Shown one piece after another: positions 19,731-29,829 of a DNA stretch of 64,000 nt. A model generated the notes under the pieces. It was not told where the DNA came from. It made no database searches and saw only the letters and a list, made by a program, of their open reading frames with translations. Origin of the DNA: a virus; the IMG/VR virus record IMGVR_UViG_3300035670_000154, positions 8,165 through 72,164 of that record; one strand, given 5' to 3'. A program made the position numbers and the translations under genes. Position 1 is the first letter of the stretch; the number at the start of each line of letters is the position of its first letter.

Positions 19731-20102
19731 ATGAATAAAATAGAATTGGGAAACCTTGTTTTTTCCTACAATCTTGAGCAAGCAAACTTTAGTGATCTTT
19801 GTGAATATAATGATCAAATGTGTTTTTTTGCTGTTGTTTGGGAGCTTTCTAAAGCAAATTTTATTGACAAAAAAAATCTTAACTTAATTAATGATTTTTT
19901 CACATCAATAAAACTTGAAGTAGCTGGTGAAAATGGAATAACAATAAAAATAAAAAGCATTCAAGATATTAATTCTTTTTTTCCAATAAAAAAAATTAGA
20001 ACACTTTGTGAGCTTGTTTATTTAATTACAAAAGACGTTTATGAGGATGATTTTCTTCATAGGCTTGATGAGGCAAAAAAAAAGATGGACACGACAAGTT
20101 AG
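19731..20102 (+). CDS. tail assembly chaperone (gpG-like)
   Basis: between tube and tape measure; ends in slippery A AAA AAG. Confidence 0.75.
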   Translation: MNKIELGNLVFSYNLEQANFSDLCEYNDQMCFFAVVWELSKANFIDKKNLNLINDFFTSIKLEVAGENGITIKIKSIQDINSFFPIKKIRTLCELVYLITKDVYEDDFLHRLDEAKKKMDTTS

Positions 20103-20452
20103 ATTTTAAAAACAATAATTTTCGTTATACTCCTGTTTTTAAACAAGAGGTTGATAATAGAATAGAGATAAAAGAGATACCAATAAAAATACAAAAATTT
20201 TTTGATATTTTTAGATGTATTGAAGCTGGTTTTTTAACAATAGATACTCTTTTAAGCAAAAATATAAATAAAAAAGAGCTGCTGAAATATATAAAAATGG
20301 CTTGCTTTTATCTCGACTTTAATAAAGATATTCAAAATCAAGTTGATGTTTTGGCTGCGGCAGATTCTTTGGATATAAACACTGAATCGTATATTAAATT
20401 TGATATAAACTCTGTCTATAAACAAGTAAAAAGAAAGCAAAAACAAAAATAA
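20084..20452 (+). CDS. -1 frameshift extension of the tail chaperone (gpGT-like)
   Basis: -1 frame DGHDKLDFK...KQKQK* open for 122 codons to a TAA abutting the TMP ATG; no start near its 5' end. Confidence 0.8.
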   Translation, partial: DGHDKLDFKNNNFRYTPVFKQEVDNRIEIKEIPIKIQKFFDIFRCIEAGFLTIDTLLSKNINKKELLKYIKMACFYLDFNKDIQNQVDVLAAADSLDINTESYIKFDINSVYKQVKRKQKQK

Positions 20453-22822
20453 ATGACAGATATTGTAGCATCTAGTCTAGTTAATAATCTAACCTTTAAT
20501 GTAAAAGGCGAAGAGCAATTAAAGACTATTGAAGAAAGATTATTAGCAATAAAAAAAGCCGCTGATGGGATTGGTTCTATCAGCGGTATTGCTGCTGCTG
20601 CAAAATCTGGAAAATCATCTGTATATTCTGATGCCGCAAAAGGTCAGTTGCTTTATAATAAGGCGATGACTGAGGTGTCTAAGCAACATGTAAATGCTGC
20701 AAAAGCTATTGATATAAAATCAAAGGCAGAGTTAAATTATGCCAAATCTTTGTCTGCTCAAACAAAATTGGTTGATAAGTACATGGGGATGTTTTATACC
20801 CAACGTGCTGGCGTTGTTCCTACATCTGGCATAGCAAAAAAGTATTTTGAAAAACTTGGTGTAGAGGCACCAAGTTACGCATATACAAAATCTTATTTTG
20901 CAACACAAAACGAGATCGCTAGGACAAGGTCTGCAAAACAAGATGAAATATCAGCAATAAAAGAAAGCGCTAGAGCGGCAAAAGAAAATGCCAAAGAGCG
21001 AGATAGGCATACAAAAATGCTATTGCGCCAACAAAAAGAATTAAGATCACAAGCATCTCAGCAATTAAGAGGTGCAGTTCCTTTTGGTATGGGCACTCAA
21101 GGTGTTTTAGGTGGTATACCAACTCCTCTTGTAGGTATGCTTGGTGTTGGTGCTATTGCTCAAAAATATGACACAATCATTGGCGCTCAAGCCAGGATTC
21201 AAGCTGTTAGCACATTTAATGATCTTGGAAAAGAAGGTGCTTTAAATAATGTTTTTACACAAGCTGAGGAGCTAAGGATTGATGCTTCTGATTATGCGAC
21301 ACTATTATCAAGAATAGGATTGGTCACGGAAGATGTTGCAAAAGAAACTGGATATGGATCAAAAGGTCTTTTAGATTTTACAACAACTATATTCAAAGGT
21401 ATGCGGTACAGTGGAGCAGGAACACAGCAAGCTGCTTCAATAATGACGCAATTACCCCAAGCGTTAGTTGGCGATGCTGGCGGTGAAGAGCTTAGGGCGC
21501 TTGTTGAAGGTATGGGTGCATTTGCTAACGACCTAGCTAAGGCAGTTAAAAACCCAGATACAGGAAAGTTTTTTAAAAATGCACAAGAGATGAAGAAGTG
21601 GACTGGTGTTCAAGGGAATGATTTAACGCCAAAAATGCTTATGGACGCAGCACTTTCTTTAAAGCCGCTTTATGATGAAAGGTTTTTAAAGCTACCAAAG
21701 CTTTTCTCTGACATTTGGAACAATGCTGGAACTCAAGTTTCAAAAATAATTATTGGATTAGAGCGAGATACTGGTTTTTTCTCAAAAACGATTGAGGGTC
21801 TTTTATCTGGATTGAAATTTGTTGATAAAATAATACGTGTTATTACAGACGCTACTGGCGGATGGGGAAATGCTATGCAGATATTTTTCTCATTGTACGG
21901 TGCGAAAAAGATTTATGACATGGCTGGTGCAGCAAAAAAATACTGGGATGCGATGCGGCTTGGCGTGATGGCTTACAATACGGCATCTGGTGCAACTGGT
22001 TTGGTTGGAGCTGCTGGCTCTATTGGTGCTGCTGGTAGGGCTGGTAGAGCTGGTTCGGCTGGAAAATATGCTGTGCAAAGCGGCTATCAAATGGGCAGTG
22101 TTGCAGCAACAGCTGCAACAACGGCTGGAGCTTTTCGCAGTGCAGCGGCTGGGACTATAGCATCAATAGGTAAGTTTACTGGCACAATGGCTTTATTAAC
22201 TTTTGCTGTTGATGAGGGAATAAATATATTAAGCGGGCAAAGGTCTTTTTTGATGGAGATGTGGGCTAAAATTACTGGAGATAAATCATACGGCTCTTTT
22301 CATGATACAGAAGATGCAATAAAAAGAAGACAAGCCAATGCGGCTTTACTTGATCGTATAAGTGCGGCAAACACTGAGGCTGGGTATGAAAAGTTTACAG
22401 CAAAAAAACAGGAAGATTATAGTTTTTGGAAAGACACATCTCTTGCTGAAAAATTTACATTGGCTACAAGTCTACTTACTAACCCTGAATCTTTTTTTAG
22501 CACTCGTAAAGAAATTCAAGATCGATACTCGGCTGCACCTCGCCTTGAGCAAACAGAGGCAAACAGAATGTTTAAGCACTATAGAGACCCTGTTTCTGGT
22601 GTTGCTCTACAAACAGATGAGAGAATACCAGAGGCAGTAAATAGCGCAAATAAAAACTCTGTTGTCTATAACAACCCAGCAATTATTGGGAATGCTATTG
22701 GTAGCGCAGTAAAACTGCCACAACTTAACGTTCAAATTATGCTGCCAAACGGTCTTACTTTACAACCATTAAGTGTTTCTATAAACAAGGGAAGCGCATC
22801 AATACCAACTAGCGCATTTTAA
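20453..22822 (+). CDS. tape measure protein
   Basis: 789 aa Ala/Gly-rich; SGAG.QQAASIMTQLPQAL..GEELRALVE tape-measure motif. Confidence 0.9.
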   Translation: MTDIVASSLVNNLTFNVKGEEQLKTIEERLLAIKKAADGIGSISGIAAAAKSGKSSVYSDAAKGQLLYNKAMTEVSKQHVNAAKAIDIKSKAELNYAKSLSAQTKLVDKYMGMFYTQRAGVVPTSGIAKKYFEKLGVEAPSYAYTKSYFATQNEIARTRSAKQDEISAIKESARAAKENAKERDRHTKMLLRQQKELRSQASQQLRGAVPFGMGTQGVLGGIPTPLVGMLGVGAIAQKYDTIIGAQARIQAVSTFNDLGKEGALNNVFTQAEELRIDASDYATLLSRIGLVTEDVAKETGYGSKGLLDFTTTIFKGMRYSGAGTQQAASIMTQLPQALVGDAGGEELRALVEGMGAFANDLAKAVKNPDTGKFFKNAQEMKKWTGVQGNDLTPKMLMDAALSLKPLYDERFLKLPKLFSDIWNNAGTQVSKIIIGLERDTGFFSKTIEGLLSGLKFVDKIIRVITDATGGWGNAMQIFFSLYGAKKIYDMAGAAKKYWDAMRLGVMAYNTASGATGLVGAAGSIGAAGRAGRAGSAGKYAVQSGYQMGSVAATAATTAGAFRSAAAGTIASIGKFTGTMALLTFAVDEGINILSGQRSFLMEMWAKITGDKSYGSFHDTEDAIKRRQANAALLDRISAANTEAGYEKFTAKKQEDYSFWKDTSLAEKFTLATSLLTNPESFFSTRKEIQDRYSAAPRLEQTEANRMFKHYRDPVSGVALQTDERIPEAVNSANKNSVVYNNPAIIGNAIGSAVKLPQLNVQIMLPNGLTLQPLSVSINKGSASIPTSAF

Positions 22823-22824
22823 TC

Positions 22825-23469
22825 ATGGAAACTTTTGTAATTAAGTTTGAAGCAACAGACGGTGAGTTTGGCGTGTTTGAGCTAGAGGCTCAAATGCAAG
22901 AAACAATGTCTTTGGAAAATGAAGTGGCTACACATCGAATAGAAAATGGGCGTAGCTCTTCTGATCATATACATAATGTTTCAAAAACACTGACAATAGT
23001 TGCTGACATAACAGATACCCCTCTTAATGATGATCTTTATAGAATAAAAAGAGAGGCTGGCAGAAGAGAGGCTTATACAAATTTAGCCGTTAGCTTTTAT
23101 GAAAAAAGAGCGCTTATGATTGTCTATACAAAAAATTATGTATGGGTAAACATGGCTATTGTAAGTATGGAAAAAAACACGACACCTGATAGAGGTGAGC
23201 GTGATATTTATACAATCACATTTAAACAGCTAGATATAACAGACACAAAAACGGTTTCTCTTCCAAAACCAGTAGCTAGAAAAAAAACAAACAGATCAAA
23301 AAACGTAACAAACAAATGTGGAACTCAAACAGACTCTGGTCAAAAACAAACAAATTCAACACAAAGCACTCAAAGCGCTATTGATGCTTTAGTATTGCCA
23401 CCAGGACTGAGACGTGGGTTTGGGTTGCCAGTTTTGCCAACTAACTCTGCATCAATTGTAACGCCATAA
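22825..23469 (+). CDS. baseplate hub/tail tube initiator (Dit-like)
   Basis: E..VATHRIENG..SDHI..L.I..ITDTP..NMAI..ITFKQL. Confidence 0.75.
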   Translation: METFVIKFEATDGEFGVFELEAQMQETMSLENEVATHRIENGRSSSDHIHNVSKTLTIVADITDTPLNDDLYRIKREAGRREAYTNLAVSFYEKRALMIVYTKNYVWVNMAIVSMEKNTTPDRGERDIYTITFKQLDITDTKTVSLPKPVARKKTNRSKNVTNKCGTQTDSGQKQTNSTQSTQSAIDALVLPPGLRRGFGLPVLPTNSASIVTP

Positions 23470-23474
23470 TAAAA

Positions 23475-23897
23475 ATGGAAAAAATACCACTGCTATCAGG
23501 TGAAACAAAACAAAGAGTATCTGTTGATATTGATGAAGTACCTTATGTTTTTGAGGTACAGTGGAACGATCATGCGCAAAAATTTTACATGTCTATTTTA
23601 ACAACCGATCTTGTTGAAATTATTTCTGGTGTGTGTTTGGTTCCAAATACGCCATTAATAGGTAGACATAAAAAAGAAGAATTGCCAAAAGGTGAATTGT
23701 TTTTATTCCGCGTAAATTCAAAAAATGAATATCCGACGTTTGATGAGCTTGATGTTGGTTTTTGGTTAGTATACATACCTAAAACAACCACTTTAAAAGC
23801 ACCAGTTTTGCCAATTGTAACATCTAGGTATACCGAAACAGTCTGGGATGAAGGTATAACAACCTGGGATAATGGTGATACAAAATGGGATTTATAG
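23475..23897 (+). CDS. baseplate plug-family protein
   Basis: IPL..V.ID..Y.F...WND..Y.SI..G..LVP..PL motif; synteny. Confidence 0.65.
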   Translation: MEKIPLLSGETKQRVSVDIDEVPYVFEVQWNDHAQKFYMSILTTDLVEIISGVCLVPNTPLIGRHKKEELPKGELFLFRVNSKNEYPTFDELDVGFWLVYIPKTTTLKAPVLPIVTSRYTETVWDEGITTWDNGDTKWDL

Positions 23898-24857
23898 ATG
23901 AGTGAAAATTTTGGCAGGATCGTAAAGCTAACTATTTTTGACAAAGACCCAATAGAAAAGGGTGCTGATTTAAAAGGCGTTGAAATTGAGTTTTTAAAAA
24001 TAGATTTTGAGGTTAAAAAAACATCATCAAAAGACCCAAATTATTGTAGAATTGATATAACAAATTGCAGTCAAAATACAATAGCATATCTTGAAAAAAT
24101 AGGAAACATAGCTATATTAGAGGTTGGATACGCAGGATTAGATGGAACGGGGAAACCAACTGTTTTGTTTACAGGCAATATTGTTAGGTTTGATCCACCA
24201 GGAGACGTTGCTGTTGATGAAGTTGTTTCGATAGAGGTTAGGGATGGATATTTAGAATATAGGGATACAAGAATATCCGTTTATAAGGATGTTGGCGCAA
24301 GCGCATTATCTGTATTAAAAGAAATTGTATCTTATTTTAAACTTCCTATTGAAAAACTACCTGCAATTGAAGATAAGGTTTATATAAACGGATATTCTTA
24401 TACTGGAAAACTTAGAGAGGCTATGGATAGGGTTTGCAGATACCTTGGATTAAGCTGGTCTATTCAAAACAGACGTATTCGTATTTTTAAAAAGGGTGAA
24501 ACATATACTAAGCAATTTTATCATTTAACTTATGATAGTGGTCTTGAATTTTGTGGCAGAAAGTCAGTCACTGAAGATGATAGAAAAAAAGCAACAAAAA
24601 GAAAAACAAAATCAACAAAGCTAACAAAAAAAGATAAAACTGACTTTGTTTTACCTAGCGACAATGAAAAACTGAAAGTACAAGGAGTTGTTGTAAAAAC
24701 GAGACTCAACCCTTTACTTTTACCAGGAGATACTGTTAAAATTACAAGCAAAATAATTGATGGTGATTTTTACTCTATTGATGATATAGAATATAGAGGA
24801 TCAAACGTTGATAATGAGTTTTATTGCAGATTTACTGCGAAAATAATAAAAAAATGA
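23898..24857 (+). CDS. baseplate hub protein
   Basis: IDFEVKKT..PN..I.ITN, LEVGY, LF.G, WSIQN, LNP.L.PG. Confidence 0.75.
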   Translation: MSENFGRIVKLTIFDKDPIEKGADLKGVEIEFLKIDFEVKKTSSKDPNYCRIDITNCSQNTIAYLEKIGNIAILEVGYAGLDGTGKPTVLFTGNIVRFDPPGDVAVDEVVSIEVRDGYLEYRDTRISVYKDVGASALSVLKEIVSYFKLPIEKLPAIEDKVYINGYSYTGKLREAMDRVCRYLGLSWSIQNRRIRIFKKGETYTKQFYHLTYDSGLEFCGRKSVTEDDRKKATKRKTKSTKLTKKDKTDFVLPSDNEKLKVQGVVVKTRLNPLLLPGDTVKITSKIIDGDFYSIDDIEYRGSNVDNEFYCRFTAKIIKK

Positions 24858-25591
24858 ATGATTTTAAATTTTTGGAACAACAGATAGGCAGTAGGACAAG
24901 TGAAAATGATATACATAAAATTCTCAAAGAGCATCTCAATACCAGTTTCCCTGCTACTGTTGTTAGTTATAGCGATGGTCGTGTAAAGGTTAAGCCTGAT
25001 ATATCAAAAAATTATCAAGATGATGAAAATCTTGAATATGCTATATTAAATGCAAAGGTAATATACCCTAGATTTGACAATGGTAGCGCTGGGGTAAAAG
25101 GCAGGATAACAAAAGGAACGAAAGGCTATGTGCATATAGCACAAGCAGCCACTGATAACAGTGGTGATCAACGAAGCTATGATTTGTCAGATGCCTTTTT
25201 TTATCCTTGCGATCCAACATTATCTGATCCAGTTGGGGTTGGAAATGATGAAATGGCTATGTTTTGGGGTGCAGCAAAGATAAGTATAAGTGAGGATGGG
25301 TTTATTACAATAGTAGCACCAACAGGTTTTAAGGTTATTACACCAAAAGGCGAATTTACAGCAAAACTAGAGACTGGCGATAATCTTAACGTTAAGTCTG
25401 GTGGGATTGATAATGTAGACGGAATTAGAAATACTGGAGGTATTGATAACCTGGGTGGTCTTAGAAACGCAGGAGGATTTTCAAGTACAGGGTCATCAAA
25501 ATCAAACGGAGAAAGAATTACAACTGAGTCGCATACACACAACTACACAGATGATGGTGCGCAAAAAGTTACTGAAAAGGCTAATGTGTAA
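24854..25591 (+). CDS. baseplate central spike (Gp138-like)
   Basis: T.FPA.VVSY..V.VKP, R.YDLSDAFF.P, C-terminal HTH metal-binding tip. Confidence 0.8.
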   Translation: MNDFKFLEQQIGSRTSENDIHKILKEHLNTSFPATVVSYSDGRVKVKPDISKNYQDDENLEYAILNAKVIYPRFDNGSAGVKGRITKGTKGYVHIAQAATDNSGDQRSYDLSDAFFYPCDPTLSDPVGVGNDEMAMFWGAAKISISEDGFITIVAPTGFKVITPKGEFTAKLETGDNLNVKSGGIDNVDGIRNTGGIDNLGGLRNAGGFSSTGSSKSNGERITTESHTHNYTDDGAQKVTEKANV

Positions 25592-25953
25592 TGACTGCTG
25601 ATTTTAAATTGACAGAAAATGGTGATTTAGATTTAACAAATGGCAGAATGTCTTTATCAAAAGACACCGATGCGGTTGCACAAAGGGTAATAAATAAGAT
25701 TTATTTGGCTACTGGCGATTGGGATTTTGATTTGGTTTTTGGCACAAACTGGGACTTGGTGTTTGGCGCAAAAGGCAATACAAACATAAAAAACGCAGAT
25801 AACATTATTAAGTTGGCAATAAGAGAGACAGAAGGTGTTGCTGAAATTTTAACATACAAATCCACTTTAAACAACAAAACAGGTGAGTTCTTAATAGAGT
25901 GTTCTATTAAAGATGTTTATGGAAAAACAATAAATCTAATAACAAAAAAATGA
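25591..25953 (+). CDS. baseplate wedge/sheath initiator
   Basis: GDL..DAVAQR..L..GDW.FD..FG..W..I..TEGV..I. Confidence 0.7.
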   Translation: MTADFKLTENGDLDLTNGRMSLSKDTDAVAQRVINKIYLATGDWDFDLVFGTNWDLVFGAKGNTNIKNADNIIKLAIRETEGVAEILTYKSTLNNKTGEFLIECSIKDVYGKTINLITKK

Positions 25954-27383
25954 CGCTTATAAAAGCAGATAAAAATGGTGTTTCAGTACAGATTTTATCA
26001 GAGCACTTAACAGAGCTTTTTGATACATTTTCTGAAAAATCTGGCATACCTATTGATAGAAAAGCAGATGACTTAACTGGTCAGGCTTTTACCATTTTAT
26101 CAGAAATGGCGACAGATATTGCAAGTAAGGTTCAATATGTATCAAGTCAGTTTTCAATTGATAGCTCTGAAGATGTTTTTCTTGACTATGCAGTTAGGTA
26201 TGGTTTAATTGAAAGGCAGGAGGCAACACCAACAACGGTTTATGGTATATGTTACGATAACGAAGGTGTTGTTGTAGGCTCAGGCTTTGAGGCTAGAGAT
26301 TTGTCTGGAAATAGTTTTTTGTCTATACAGGATACTACAATAACAAAAAACTATTGTGCTGATATAACGTTTTCATTTTCTGTTCAAGATAATACAACAT
26401 ATTCTATTGTATTGTCTGGCTCTGCAATATCAACAACAACAGGTGTATCAGCTACTGTTGATCAAATAATTGATGCTTTAATTCCGCAAATAGATTCTGA
26501 AAAATACATAGTAGAAAAAAAAGAAGCAACATTAAGAGTTTTTTCAAAAAATGGATATTCCCCATTTTCGGTAAGCACAAGCACCAATATTTCAATAGAT
26601 GAAATTGGCACGCCAGTATATTTTGTTTGTTCTGTTGATGGTTCTATAGCCTGCCCAGCTAATACTCTCACCATAATGGACTCGGAAGGTGTTAATAGAA
26701 TAAACAACCTTGCAGATGGATTTGTTGGTAACGACATTGAAAAAGATGAAGAGCTTAGGGATCGTTTTTACAGGTCTGGTGGAGAGCAAGGCTACGCAAC
26801 ACTAACGGCAATAAAATCAAGACTTGAAAACAACGTTGATGGCGTTTCAAATGTAACTGTATATCACAACCCATATTCAATAATCGACGCATTTGGTATG
26901 CCAAGGCATTCTGTTGAAGCTATTGTTGATGGCGGTGAAGATCAAGCTATTGCAAATGAGATTTTATTAAACTCGGTTGCGGCTGGCATCGAGACCTATG
27001 GAAATGTTGTTGTTGGCGTTAATGATGGCAATGGAAGCATTCAAGAATGTCGTTTTTCTAGGATCACATTCAAATATATCTGGGTTAAGGTTGATATTCT
27101 AGCACTAAATGGCGAAGAATCTTTGGTTTTAGATGCAATACCAGCAATAAAGAACGCAATCTTGTCTTATGGTAATAAAATGGGCGTTGGTGAAAATGTT
27201 ATTCCACAAAGATTTTATGGCTCTATTTATGGAGCAACAGCGGGGATAAGAGAGCTTGATGTTTCTGTTGCTGAAACAAATCTTCCTACAGACACCCCAT
27301 CTTATGCTGATTATGATATACCAATATCAAGAAATCAAAAAGCATCTTTTGATTTAGTAAGAATTATTGTAAACGGAATATAG
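25950..27383 (+). CDS. baseplate J-like protein
   Basis: LD..G..R..AT, G.DIEKDEELR.R, V.GV, PRHSVEAIVDGG.D..IA, AGIETYG. Confidence 0.9.
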   Translation: MTLIKADKNGVSVQILSEHLTELFDTFSEKSGIPIDRKADDLTGQAFTILSEMATDIASKVQYVSSQFSIDSSEDVFLDYAVRYGLIERQEATPTTVYGICYDNEGVVVGSGFEARDLSGNSFLSIQDTTITKNYCADITFSFSVQDNTTYSIVLSGSAISTTTGVSATVDQIIDALIPQIDSEKYIVEKKEATLRVFSKNGYSPFSVSTSTNISIDEIGTPVYFVCSVDGSIACPANTLTIMDSEGVNRINNLADGFVGNDIEKDEELRDRFYRSGGEQGYATLTAIKSRLENNVDGVSNVTVYHNPYSIIDAFGMPRHSVEAIVDGGEDQAIANEILLNSVAAGIETYGNVVVGVNDGNGSIQECRFSRITFKYIWVKVDILALNGEESLVLDAIPAIKNAILSYGNKMGVGENVIPQRFYGSIYGATAGIRELDVSVAETNLPTDTPSYADYDIPISRNQKASFDLVRIIVNGI

Positions 27384-28124
27384 ATGGCAGACCTATACGA
27401 AAAATACTTATCAAGGCTTGCTGGAAGGTTTGTTGGAAAACCAAACATAGAGGCTTTTTTAAGAACAGCAATTAAGCCTTATCAAGAACTTAGTGATGCC
27501 TGTGATTTTATTTTAACAATGGCTAACTTAGATGATGCTGTTGGATATTGGCTTGATATACATGGAAGCAGGGTTGCTGAAAAAAGAGATGGTAGAGATG
27601 ATGACGAATATAGAGATGCTATAAAATTTAAGATAGCATTAAAATCGCCAAAGGCAACAATATCCGCAATTTTTAAGGCATTAAATTTTTTTGCACCAAA
27701 AATAAGATACGGTGTTTATATACCTCATTACCCAGCAGGATTTTCGCTACTAACAGACTCACCTTTAATAAGACGAGTTGCTTTAGAAGGAATAAAAAAA
27801 ATAACAGCGGCTGGCGTTGGTTTAGATGTTTATTACACAAAAGGAATGCCTATTAGTTTTTTAGGCGGTCTTTCTGATCAAACTTTTCTTGGTCAGCAAA
27901 ACAATAGACTTGTTTATGCAAAACATAACAATAATCTTGTAAAAATAAAACTACAAACACTTTATTACTCAAAAGGCGGGGCACATCTTGGTGGATTAAT
28001 TGGTTCTTATTTAGGAACACAATCTGGTAATTTTATTAAAACACAAAGTGGAAAAAGAATTATGTTGCGATCAAATATGAAATCTGTTGGTGGTTTTAGA
28101 TTATCTGGAGTTTATACGGTATGA
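27384..28124 (+). CDS. baseplate wedge protein (DUF2612-like)
   Basis: LDDAVGYWLDIHG..R....DDEYR..I..KI, AAGV. Confidence 0.75.
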   Translation: MADLYEKYLSRLAGRFVGKPNIEAFLRTAIKPYQELSDACDFILTMANLDDAVGYWLDIHGSRVAEKRDGRDDDEYRDAIKFKIALKSPKATISAIFKALNFFAPKIRYGVYIPHYPAGFSLLTDSPLIRRVALEGIKKITAAGVGLDVYYTKGMPISFLGGLSDQTFLGQQNNRLVYAKHNNNLVKIKLQTLYYSKGGAHLGGLIGSYLGTQSGNFIKTQSGKRIMLRSNMKSVGGFRLSGVYTV

Positions 28125-28630
28125 CGGTAAAAAAAACAAGGCTTGGTGTTTACGCAAAAGAACCTGTAACAAAAAATGTTTTGGATGGAGTTCCTATGCA
28201 AAACAGGATGCCATTTTCACAAACATCGGCTTTTTTTGCTGGTAAAAAACCACCAATAAATACCACTACAGAAAAAACATTAGCCGACACTGTTGCAGCA
28301 CAAGAATGGAATGAGCTTGCGTATTTAACAACAAAACAGATTGACTTGTCTGGTATAAGCGATGGTGAAGGTGATAATTTAATCACATATAAAAATTGCT
28401 TTATTAAGATAAGTGCTATTGATCTTGGTGATCAAACAAAATTTTTTGAAGCAAGAGGATGGGTTGGTGAATTAAATATTGTACCACAACTAACTGTAAT
28501 TGCGTCAAATGGGTTGTCGTTAGGAACGATAACAGCAAATGGAGCAATTCCTATAGTTGGAGGTAGTAGTGTTGCTAATGTAAGAGTGTTATGCGAATTA
28601 ACACCAATAGATTTTAGAAGTGGGGAATAA
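28121..28630 (+). CDS. tail fibre-proximal structural protein
   Basis: synteny; AQEWN motif. Confidence 0.45.
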   Translation: MTVKKTRLGVYAKEPVTKNVLDGVPMQNRMPFSQTSAFFAGKKPPINTTTEKTLADTVAAQEWNELAYLTTKQIDLSGISDGEGDNLITYKNCFIKISAIDLGDQTKFFEARGWVGELNIVPQLTVIASNGLSLGTITANGAIPIVGGSSVANVRVLCELTPIDFRSGE

Positions 28631-28632
28631 GA

Positions 28633-29817
28633 ATGGCAGATTTTACACCAGTTGAAATAGAGCAGCTACGTTTACTGCTTCAAAAACAAAACGAATTGTT
28701 ATCTATTGCCGATGATGCTGCAGCTCTTGATGTTGTTGCTGGTGCTGGACAAGAAACTATAAATAAGCTAACTCCAGAAACCGCAGCAGGATTAAATCAA
28801 GAAGACGTAACAGTCATTGATAAGTTTGATTCTTCAGCAACAAAATCACTTACAATATCAAATCTAGTTTCTTTTGTTAGCGGTCAGATTGGTGGAGGCG
28901 GGACTGAGTTTAATAAACAAGGTCATTTTAAATGGGTAGCTGGTGGTGGAGATGGTGGCACAGGGTATAAACTAAAAGATATAGTTTATCATAACGGCAA
29001 TACTTATATATCAACTGCTGATAACAACACTACAGAGCCTGGGGCTGCTCTAGCAAGTTGGGAAGTTTATTATGGCAGTGATACGCACAACCCAACAAGA
29101 AGCGATTACAAACAAGGCGCTCGCGTTCAAGATGGTTTTGGTGGTGGTTGGCACGAAGCTGTTCAGGATGTGCCTGTCAATACTTTAATAACAAACCCGC
29201 TTTTCTGGCTGCCATCTAGTAATTTTAAAATTTTCAATTCGGACGATGTGCTAACAACTTCTCGCGCTTTAACGGTAAACGATATTAATAAGCATCTTGT
29301 TCTTAGTGGAACATCAAATCAAACTTTTTCTTTGCCCCTGGCAGACTCAGTGCCATCTGGATCAATGATTTTTGTTAAAGGAAGAAAAGGTGTTATAGCA
29401 ACATTTAATAGGCAAGGTTCTGATACTATCAACATAGATTCAGGAGCTGGCTTCACTTCATGCTCTTGCCTTGCACCCGAATCAATCATATTAGTATCAA
29501 ATGGCAATCAAGATTGGCGCTTGACAAAAATAAATCCATTTTATAACGCAACAGCATTTACAGCACCTGACCGAGCTGCAAATACAAACTACACAAATAG
29601 TTCACCATTTCCTATTAGAGTAATAATTAATGTTAGTATGGGTGGGGCTGGGTCTTCCATAGTTTTAAGTGGGGCTTCGTCACACGCAAAACCATTCATT
29701 ATATTAAATAGTAACTTTTCAATTGAATCGTGGTTTTATCCTGGGGAGGTTTATCAACTCAGTACCACTGGAACGGTTACAATAGTTAGCTGGTTTGAAT
29801 ATGCTGTTATTATTTAA
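28633..29817 (+). CDS. tail fibre with CBM5/12-like repeats
   Basis: W..G..YKLKDIVYHNGNTYIS..N..EPG..W and YKQGARV...PLFW; T.SLP.A..G fibre motif. Confidence 0.7.
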   Translation: MADFTPVEIEQLRLLLQKQNELLSIADDAAALDVVAGAGQETINKLTPETAAGLNQEDVTVIDKFDSSATKSLTISNLVSFVSGQIGGGGTEFNKQGHFKWVAGGGDGGTGYKLKDIVYHNGNTYISTADNNTTEPGAALASWEVYYGSDTHNPTRSDYKQGARVQDGFGGGWHEAVQDVPVNTLITNPLFWLPSSNFKIFNSDDVLTTSRALTVNDINKHLVLSGTSNQTFSLPLADSVPSGSMIFVKGRKGVIATFNRQGSDTINIDSGAGFTSCSCLAPESIILVSNGNQDWRLTKINPFYNATAFTAPDRAANTNYTNSSPFPIRVIINVSMGGAGSSIVLSGASSHAKPFIILNSNFSIESWFYPGEVYQLSTTGTVTIVSWFEYAVII

Positions 29818-29829
29818 TAAAGGACAAAA

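Noticed and set aside
20252-20446. Minus-strand 64-aa ORF before the tape measure gene
   Set aside because: It is an antisense shadow of the frameshifted chaperone extension.
25401-25480. GGIDN..G.RN repeats in the spike gene as a variable repeat element
   Set aside because: They fit the ordinary beta-helix repeats of a baseplate spike.
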